Below are positions 18,465-26,200 of a DNA stretch of 58,892 bases, piece after piece. Within the stretch, counting starts at the first letter, position 1; the number at the start of each line of letters is the position of its first letter. Source of the DNA: a virus. Lineage: Duplodnaviria; Caudoviricetes. Location of the stretch: positions 1 to 58,892 of the IMG/VR virus record IMGVR_UViG_3300012912_000001; one strand, 5' to 3'. The notes under the pieces were generated by a model, which saw only the letters and a list, made by a program, of their open reading frames with translations, made no database searches and was not told the DNA's origin. Position numbers and translations under genes: made by a program.

Positions 18465-19661
18465 ACCGTCGACGGACTCGGCATGTATGCCATGCCCCTG
18501 CGTGTTCTGAACGAGGACCGAGTCAGCAACGCGGGCATTGCTGCATGCGCTCGCATCTCGCGTGGTGAGCCGGATGAGGGGGCCGGCCACGCCGCTGCGC
18601 TGAAGCGTGACGCCATGGATGCTCGTTGAGTCGCATCGGTTGCCGACTTCGATGACGCCGCCAGGCGTGTGCATGTTGACTGAGATGAACGTGTCGTAGA
18701 TTTCGAGGTTGCTCGTTCGGTACAGGTAGTAGCCGCGCGAGCCCACGTTGCTGTGGATGCGAATGCGGTCGTACGGGCCCGAGCCGGGCGGTCCGCTGAG
18801 CGCGATGTCGTAGTCGGTCGGCAGCGGCGCTCCGTCGAGCTCGGTCGTGTGAAACGTGTTGCTGTAGATGTCGGCATCCTCGTCCTCGAGTGGCACAGAG
18901 CCGCCGCTGGATTCGCCGTGGATGGGCTGCTGCGCCCAGAACTCAGAATCGCGGATGACCAGACCGTGCACGCCGCGCTGGGGCTGGATGCACGAGCGGG
19001 CGCACGACGTGAACGCCACGTTCGCGATGACGACGCCGTGGATGGCCACCGCGGGTGAGTCGCCGAGCAGACGGATGCCATCGCCCTTGCGCCTGCCGTC
19101 GGCTGGTCGAGGATGGTGGATGACGAGGCGCTGGTAGAGCAGCGGACCGATGGGCTTGCAGTTGCCTGGCGAGCAGAGACCGGTTGTGCCCATGGCGTGG
19201 GTCTGCTCGCTCGTGTTCGTCGCGTCGCTGGTCTCGAACGTCATGTCTTGCACGCCGCCGGCGCTGCCCGGGTCATGGCTGACCATGACGATGTCCGCGT
19301 TGCCTTGGTCGCCGGCGAGCCGCATCGTCGTGAAGGCGGTCCCCGCGCCAGCGAATGTGATGGTGCCGCTGTGCACGCTCACGCACGCTGCGCGGTTGTA
19401 GCTGCCGAGAGGGGCCTTGCTGCAGTCCCAGATGCCCGGGCCGAGGCAGACGGTCTGCGCTCCGCCGGCGGCCATCGCTGCGTCCGCCGCGGCCTGGAGC
19501 GCGGGCCGATCGGAGATGCCGTCGCTGGGGATAGCGCCGTAGGCGGCAGGGTCGAAGCACCCGGTGCCGATGGCCTGCGAGGTCGTCGAGGACTCGACGG
19601 TCGCGTACGACTTGGCAGGCTCGCACGCCAGGCAGCAAAGCACCCAAACTAGTGATTTCAT
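18162..19661 (-). CDS. Exported pectin-lyase-fold beta-helix protein (polysaccharide depolymerase-like)
   Basis: Lipoprotein-like signal MKSLVWVLCCLAC; YGAIPSDGISDRPALQAAAD...LGPG pectate_lyase_3 start; beta-helix repeats. Confidence 0.75.
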   Translation of the reverse strand: MKSLVWVLCCLACEPAKSYATVESSTTSQAIGTGCFDPAAYGAIPSDGISDRPALQAAADAAMAAGGAQTVCLGPGIWDCSKAPLGSYNRAACVSVHSGTITFAGAGTAFTTMRLAGDQGNADIVMVSHDPGSAGGVQDMTFETSDATNTSEQTHAMGTTGLCSPGNCKPIGPLLYQRLVIHHPRPADGRRKGDGIRLLGDSPAVAIHGVVIANVAFTSCARSCIQPQRGVHGLVIRDSEFWAQQPIHGESSGGSVPLEDEDADIYSNTFHTTELDGAPLPTDYDIALSGPPGSGPYDRIRIHSNVGSRGYYLYRTSNLEIYDTFISVNMHTPGGVIEVGNRCDSTSIHGVTLQRSGVAGPLIRLTTRDASACSNARVADSVLVQNTQGHGIHAESVDGLQVERVTMVWGVPAPDHAGVWHRATTVRINSMTVHDSWMAGPVGTAVTLSSTPGGIGIAHVIDNRARGNVAGLRCLGNAVTSVEYTLNQLGSVSCPYVLP

Positions 19662-20461
19662 GTGACATCCCTCCATCGAGCGAATCCTTGGCGTTTCATT
19701 GCTGCGATGCTCGCCGGGCCACAAACGCCGTCCACGGCCAGTCGCTCGCCGTGCCGCACAAGCGCGGTCTGCCGAGCCTTCCCGACGAGCAGGTCCTCGT
19801 TGGCCTCGAAGTCGATGCGCTCGCACCCGAGCGCGGCCAACTCCTCGAAGATAGCGTCACCGGGGTCACCGCGTCCGCGGCGCTCCGTGTTGTCTCGATG
19901 ACCGAAGATACCGCACAGGTCAGCGCCGCCGGTCTGGCGCCGCGTGGCGCCGGTTCCGGTCTCCATGCGCGCGATGGGGTGGTTACGGTACGGGCCGGCA
20001 GGGATTGACTCCGGGATGCCGGCCAAGTGGCACAGGGCCAAGGCGAGCAACGCAGCGGCCTCGATGGTCGCCTGGAAGAGCGAGCCATCGGCCTGCTGAT
20101 ACATCTCGATTCCGATGCTCCAGTCGTTGCTCGCCTCAGCGTGGTACGGCGCCGTGCGCTTGAGGTCGGCGAGGCATGCAACGGAGCCGTCGAGGTCGAC
20201 GACGAGCGGCGCGGAGCTGTGCGTGGGGTCGCTGCGCCAGAAGTCGGCGACGCTCTGCGCTCGGCCCGGGTCCCCGGCGCCAGGCAGCACGCTCTGCGGC
20301 CAGAGCCCCTTGGTGGTATGGAGCATGACCTGTCGAATCCACGGCGTACGGCGCACGGCGTAGTCGCCAGCGTTCAGCGTCGCCCACGAAGGGCCGCCAT
20401 GGCTCGCAGGAGGGGTGACACTTACGCCATCAATCGAGACCAGCCGACCATCCCAAAGCAC
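19658..20461 (-). CDS. Endolysin, N-acetylmuramoyl-L-alanine amidase with C-terminal peptidoglycan-binding motif
   Basis: MLHTT, YHA..SN..SIGIEM, GHRD...DPG zinc ligands; VDGVCGP.S. Confidence 0.85.
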   Translation of the reverse strand: MLWDGRLVSIDGVSVTPPASHGGPSWATLNAGDYAVRRTPWIRQVMLHTTKGLWPQSVLPGAGDPGRAQSVADFWRSDPTHSSAPLVVDLDGSVACLADLKRTAPYHAEASNDWSIGIEMYQQADGSLFQATIEAAALLALALCHLAGIPESIPAGPYRNHPIARMETGTGATRRQTGGADLCGIFGHRDNTERRGRGDPGDAIFEELAALGCERIDFEANEDLLVGKARQTALVRHGERLAVDGVCGPASIAAMKRQGFARWRDVT

Positions 20462-20469
20462 GCCCTCGC

Positions 20470-21078
20470 TCAAAGAACCCCGTGCGAGGTCTGAATCGCG
20501 CCGACGCCCCAACTCGCGCGAGCTCGTGCGAAGGTAGCGCGGAGCTCGTACGTGTTCACGACGAGGCCTGCCGATTGAGGCGCCCCGTCCTTGGCGTCGG
20601 GCGTGACCACCATGGCGATAGCCGTCGAGAGCACGCAGCGCGCGAGGTTCGTCTTCGCAGCCCTGGCGGTCGACTCGAGCTGGCCGTAGTCGACGTGCCC
20701 GTCGCCGGTGATAGCGGCTGTAACGGCGGGCTTGGCGATGCCCACAAGCTCGGCCACGAGCGCCATGATGTCCGGCGTCTCGCAGTCGAGCAGCGCGCTC
20801 GCTCCGTTCGCGAGGCGAGGCTTCATCTCGGCGCAGGACGTCTGCGATGAGCCGAGCGCGAAGACGACGAGCATTGCGCCAGCCGTCTTGACCAGCGTGC
20901 GCGTCACCTTGTAGCCGAGCGCCGTGAGCAGCGTCGCTCCGATGCCGGCCAGGGTGAGCGCGACGTCGTTGGTGAGCGCTCCGCTCGCGAACAGCGTCGA
21001 CAGCAGCATCGCGGCGATTGACAGCCAGAATTCGGTGGTCTTGTAGCCTGGCTTCACAGGAGTAGGTTCATCAGCCAT
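20470..21078 (-). CDS. Holin-like membrane protein
   Basis: KPGYKTTEFW motif plus 2-3 TM segments; immediately upstream of the endolysin. Confidence 0.65.
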   Translation of the reverse strand: MADEPTPVKPGYKTTEFWLSIAAMLLSTLFASGALTNDVALTLAGIGATLLTALGYKVTRTLVKTAGAMLVVFALGSSQTSCAEMKPRLANGASALLDCETPDIMALVAELVGIAKPAVTAAITGDGHVDYGQLESTARAAKTNLARCVLSTAIAMVVTPDAKDGAPQSAGLVVNTYELRATFARARASWGVGAIQTSHGVL

Positions 21079-21085
21079 GTGTTCC

Positions 21086-21193
21086 TCATTGGTGCAAGTA
21101 TGTTGCAATGGAGGCGAAGGCGGTAAGTGCGACGCCGATTAAGACGGCGCCAGCGAGGATAAGTGCGTACGGGGTCAGCTTGTGGCGAATCAT
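21086..21193 (-). CDS. Small single-TM protein in the lysis region
   Basis: MIRHKLTPYALILAGAVLIGVALTAFASIATYLHQ. Confidence 0.45.
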   Translation of the reverse strand: MIRHKLTPYALILAGAVLIGVALTAFASIATYLHQ

Positions 21194-21738
21194 GGAGTGT
21201 TTCTCGTTGGTCGGTCTTGGAGGCGCTCGATAGCGCTCTCGATATGCTTGAGGCGGATGGTCGTCTCGCCCTCGCGCTCGGCACGGTCCCAGATACGTGC
21301 TGCGACGCTCGCGAGTGAGCCGAGGGCGGCCGCGACGGCCGCCCCTGCTGCCCACTTCACGAGCCGCATGTCGCGCGTGAGGTCGCGAACCTCTTCGCGA
21401 ACCTTTCCGCCCGGCGCCTCGGAAAGCAGCTGAACGAGCTGCTCTCCGCGCTCGCGATTGTTGCTTCGCTCGTCGAGCTGGAGCTTCTGGATGCGCTTGA
21501 GCACCTTCGCGAAGTCGCGCATCGAGACGGGGTCTCCGGCCTCGTACTGCGAGCGTGCGATGAGGTCCATCTCGTCGGCGTCCGGCTCGCGAGACAGGAG
21601 GTCGATGGGTGATGTGACGTCGACGACGAGCTCATCAACCGGCGCGGCTCGCGATGCGAGCCGGCGACGCTCGGCGCTGCTAAGCCCTCGATCGTCCGGC
21701 TTGCGTCGCCGCTCGGTTGGGGTGTCGTCGTCGGACAT
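21190..21738 (-). CDS. Membrane-anchored coiled-coil protein (lysis region)
   Basis: One TM segment flanked by coiled coils. Confidence 0.55.
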   Translation of the reverse strand: MSDDDTPTERRRKPDDRGLSSAERRRLASRAAPVDELVVDVTSPIDLLSREPDADEMDLIARSQYEAGDPVSMRDFAKVLKRIQKLQLDERSNNRERGEQLVQLLSEAPGGKVREEVRDLTRDMRLVKWAAGAAVAAALGSLASVAARIWDRAEREGETTIRLKHIESAIERLQDRPTRNTP

Positions 21739-21741
21739 GCT

Positions 21742-21975
21742 TCAGCTGATGGTCACGATTTTGTTGGCCGCGTCGTTGTTGACCGTCCATCCCGCCGCAG
21801 TGAGCTCTGCCGCGACCGCGACCGCGACCGCGTTCGTGACGTTGCCGTACGGGATGCTTACGCTCGTCAGTCCGGAGCTCGCCGCAGAGCGAATGAGCGC
21901 GTCCACACGACTCGAGAACGAGGCGTTGAAGTTATTGAACAGCACGACGGCTTCTGTCTTCGTAATCATAGGCAT
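21742..21975 (-). CDS. Hypothetical protein (MPMITKTEAVV...)
   Basis: RBS GAGGA. Confidence 0.5.
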   Translation of the reverse strand: MPMITKTEAVVLFNNFNASFSSRVDALIRSAASSGLTSVSIPYGNVTNAVAVAVAAELTAAGWTVNNDAANKIVTIS

Positions 21976-21985
21976 GTCGATATCC

Positions 21986-22801
21986 TCACCATGGAATGGT
22001 CCAGCCGAGCGTTTGATAGAGCGTGCGAACCTGTCCGGTCGTGAATCGCGCAGCAGCGCCGCCGAACTCCGCTCCGTAGAGGTAACCGATGTTCCCGGCG
22101 TTCGTGGTTTGCCCACCGAACGCGGTCATGACGGACGACGCCGGCAGCGTGTACGTGCCGATGAACGCGTCCTGGTCGGTGAAGATGGCTGACACCGAGC
22201 CGGTGTTGTTGACCTGGATGCCGACGGGCATCCGACGACCGCGCGGGTCTGTCGCGAGGTCGGCGGACGCCCCGAACACGGCCCGCAGCTTCCCAGTCGT
22301 GTTGAACCTGCAGTCCGCCTGAGCGGACTTGGTCATGACGTCACGAACGCTAGCCGGTGACCCGACGGGGATGTCGAGGTAGCCGAGGAGGAAGACATCC
22401 GTCGTGTTCGGGTTGTTTGCCGTGGTCGTGTTGACCCACTTTTGGTTCGCCGTGCCGTCGACGCACTTCAGACAGAAGCGAGACCAGCCAGTTGCTGCCT
22501 GCCGATAGAGATGACCGGTGCCCGTCATCGTCAGCGTGACGGTCCCGATGCTGTCGGCGAGGTTGCCGCTCGCCTCTTGCATGTTCCACGTGGAACCCGG
22601 GTTGCCGGTGGCGAGCCCGGCTGCCGCCATGAGCGCCGTCCACTCCGCCGCGTTCGCGGGGCAGTAGATACCGCTCGTGCCGTCGCGGGTGACGCCGGGG
22701 ATGCCGCCACCGCTCACGGGCGCAGCCAGCTCGTCAGCGTCAACCCCGACGCCGATACCGACGCGTGGCCCGACGCGCGGCCCCACGCGTGGTCCTATCA
22801 C
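21986..22801 (-). CDS. Putative virion protein, LamG/concanavalin-like fold
   Basis: W.MQEASGNLADSIG motif; N-terminal (GPRV)3. Confidence 0.55.
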   Translation of the reverse strand: MIGPRVGPRVGPRVGIGVGVDADELAAPVSGGGIPGVTRDGTSGIYCPANAAEWTALMAAAGLATGNPGSTWNMQEASGNLADSIGTVTLTMTGTGHLYRQAATGWSRFCLKCVDGTANQKWVNTTTANNPNTTDVFLLGYLDIPVGSPASVRDVMTKSAQADCRFNTTGKLRAVFGASADLATDPRGRRMPVGIQVNNTGSVSAIFTDQDAFIGTYTLPASSVMTAFGGQTTNAGNIGYLYGAEFGGAAARFTTGQVRTLYQTLGWTIPW

Positions 22802-23211
22802 TCCTTGCCTCCGGCCTGGATGCGCATGACCCCCTGCGTGGTGCAGACGACCTGTGCGCGCAGCATCAGGCTCCCCAGATTACCGAGGTGCACGGAGCAT
22901 CCACCGGCGGTTCCGCCTGGAATGTTGATTTGGAGGTTGGTGTTCGTGCCGGCGCCGGCGGGGGAGAACGCGACGTAGACGCCGCTCGTTGGGTTCTCCT
23001 GAATCCAGTCGCCGGCCGTCGTTGACGAGATGGCCACCTCGGGGAACTCGGAGCTCCAGAACGTCACCGTTCCGACGAGCGCGGCATCCCATTGGATGTG
23101 GACGTGCTGGATGAGCGACGCATCGCCACCGAGCCCATAGTTGGCGGGGGTTCCGCCGGTAACGGTCTGGAGACCCTGCTTCGCGGGATTCGGCTGTCGG
23201 ATTTGCGTCAT
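22798..23211 (-). CDS. Putative virion protein
   Basis: Beta-rich; lies in the late operon. Confidence 0.5.
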   Translation of the reverse strand: MTQIRQPNPAKQGLQTVTGGTPANYGLGGDASLIQHVHIQWDAALVGTVTFWSSEFPEVAISSTTAGDWIQENPTSGVYVAFSPAGAGTNTNLQINIPGGTAGGCSVHLGNLGSLMLRAQVVCTTQGVMRIQAGGKE

Positions 23212-26200
23212 CTATTTGCCCTCATGTCAAGGGAGGTCATGGCTTGCTGGCCGAGTTGGATGGGCCCGGTCAATCCGGGGGCTCCCTGCGGAGGGGGCTG
23301 GCCTGGAGCTCCGGGCTGCGCGCCGGAAGCGCCTGCGGCCGGGGCGGCGAGGTAGGCGAGGCTCTGCGGCTGCATCGATGGATGCACCGGGATGCGGTAC
23401 ATGATGCTGATGGCGATCTGCCGCGCGTATGGGAGCTTCGCCTGCATCTGCGGCGCGGTCTTGATGAGCATCATCTGCGCGAGCTTGAACAGCTCGGGGT
23501 AGACGTATTGGAGCGTCTGCGCGCCCTCGCGCGAGAAGTGCCCCTTGGCTAGGTCTTCGAGCACCGACACCGGATCTGACACGGCGTGGATGTACCTGCC
23601 CCACTCCTCGAGCGCTGCCTTCGATGGGCGCCACTTTCCGTCGCCGGGAAGCATCCCTGGGGGGAGGACCGGCTTGGGCGCCTTGCTCGCGATGAAGTCG
23701 ATGCCGCGCTTCACCTGCGCGGCGATAGCACTCTGCAGCTCGGCGTCTGCGGTCTGGTACCGGTCGCCGATGGCGTGCTCGATGGCGCCCGGCTGCTGCG
23801 CGCGTGCAATCTCGTCCATGCGCGCGTGATAGAGCGCGGCGAGGTCTTTCGTCTTCTTCGCGTCCCCGCCAGGGAACAGCGAGTACCCGAGCGTGACGGC
23901 GGGTCCGGCGGAGACCTCGGAGACCTTACGAGCGCCGCGTCCGGCCTTGGAGAGGAGGGCCTGCGTGGCGCCGTTGATGCGGTCCTGCGTCTCCGACATG
24001 CGCTGTGCGATGAGCGCTTCGGTGGAGCGACCGACGGAGCCGCCCTTGCGCCCTAGGATGCCGAGCACGGCGCGCGCCTTGAGCACGGCCCCGAGCACGG
24101 GGCCTATGAGGGGAATCCGGCTGAGCATCGGCGTGTGCACGCCCATGGCCCCCAGTAGCTCGAGTGCGGTGCCGGCGTCGGCGGCAGCACCAAGCACCCC
24201 GCCGCCACCCGGCGCGGCCTTGGCCGCCTTCTTGGCGCCACGCGCCTGCGCCTGCGCGTGATCGCGCGCAAGCGCCATGTTGACTTCCGCGTCCGGCTCG
24301 ACGACGGTCGCGTCCGGTCCACCGAATGCCGCTCTGACCTTGGGCGTCTTTCCTCTCGGCTCGACGATGGTCGTGTCGGGCAAGGCCGGTCTGCTCGCTA
24401 GCCCGTCCGCCAAGACGCGAGCGCGGATGCCGGGGTCAACCGCCGTGCGCTCTAGGTCGTCCGCCGCCCGTGCCGCGCTGGCCGCCATGCGGTCTGCTTG
24501 TCGCTGGCTCGCAGTCCGAAGCTTCGACGCCCGGTCGACGGCGGTCCGCGGGGCGTTCGCGCCGAGCAAGTCGGCGACGTCAGCGCTGGCCTGCTCGTGG
24601 TCGCCGATGATTTTCGCTGCGCGCTCCAGCGACGGCCCCATGTCGACGTTCTTGCCGGTTCGCTTCTTCAGCAGGCGCTCGATGGCGGCGTCGTCGGCCA
24701 CGCGCTGCATGTCCTCGGGCATGAGGCTGGACACCTTGGTCTTCGCCTCGTACGTCGCGAGCGCGTCCATATCGGGCTCGCCCAAGATGCGAGACAGGCC
24801 CTCGTATGAGGTCACCGTCCCCTTCTTGCCTGTGCTCGCGTCCGGCGTTGGGCTCTGATTCGGCACCGCGTTGCGCAGGGCCTCTTCGAGGTCGATGCGC
24901 TTGGGGTTCGCCGCCTGCTCCGCTGCGCCCATGTCCGATGCCGCGAAGTTCTTCGCGTTCGCCTTGCCTCGGAAGTGCTCGGCAGCAGCCTCGGTCTTCG
25001 CGGCCTTCTCCGCGACGTACTTCTCTTCAGCGGGCTTCGAGATGGACTTGAAGCTCTTGCCTTCGTCGAGCGCGCTCTTTGTGCCCGAGAGCAGCGCCAT
25101 CAGGTCGTCGTCAGTCGTGACGGCGGCGGTCTTCGCCGATGGGCCAGCGTCGGCTGCGAACTGCGTCGGTCGGCCACCGAGGGCGCGGAGGTCTGGCTCG
25201 GCGACCGGAGCTGTGGGCGTCGATAACTCGGCGGCGATGGATTCGGGCATCGCCTTGCCAGCAAGGGCGGATAGGTCTGCTGCCGGCTCCAGCGCCGCGC
25301 CCTTCGGAGCTTGAGCCTTGAGCCACTCGGCGCGCTCATGAAGCCCCTGCTTGACTTCCTTCTTCGCCGCCGCGCTGAGCCCGGAATCGTCGACCATCCG
25401 GTCAATCGTCGGTCGAAGCTGCTCATACTTCCGGGCGAAGTCTACGAGCTGGCGGTCGATGTCCTTCTCCGATAGGGAGCCGAAGACCTCGCCGGATGGC
25501 TGGCTCGGGTTGCGCATGGTCTCGAGTTCGCGGACCGGTGCTGCGAAGTCCTTCCGGCCGCCCTGAGCGCGGTAGATGAGCGAGCCGCCGTTGTCGATGC
25601 GGTGCACCACCCCGTCGGCATCCAGAAGCATGTTGTCGTACCCGGTGCCTACGGCATCCCAGTTCGCGAGCCATGCATCGACGACGAACCCGTCTCCGGC
25701 GTTGGCCGTCGCGAGCGCCTGCGGCGAGGAGGTCTTGCCGGGAAGCTCCCTCGACATCATCGTCCGCTTGCCGGCCTGCTCGACGACTTCCGTTTCCGGG
25801 GCGGACACGCCGAACTCGCGATAGATGCGGTTCGCCAGGTGCTCCACCTCGACACGGTCAGAGCTGCCGCGATAGCTCTTCCCGAACCAGTTGGTTCCGT
25901 TCTCGTCGGTGTACCAGCGGCCGCCCCGCGTTCCGCCGGCGGCGCGTTCGGATGGGGTGAACGCGTGCCGCGGCTGTTCCGCGGCGTCGACGGGCGTGAC
26001 GTCTGCGGGTCCGAACTTGCGCAGCAATTCGTCGGCATCAACGAGTTCAGCCTTCGGCCGCGCTGTCGCCGGGTAGAACTGGATGGCTACCGGTCGATCG
26101 GAGGCGATGGCGGACATGAAGCGGTCAGCGCCGCTGTCGAACTTATAGCCGAACGTGCTGCGTCGGCTGGTCCCGGGGATCGGGTCTCCCAGGACAGCCC

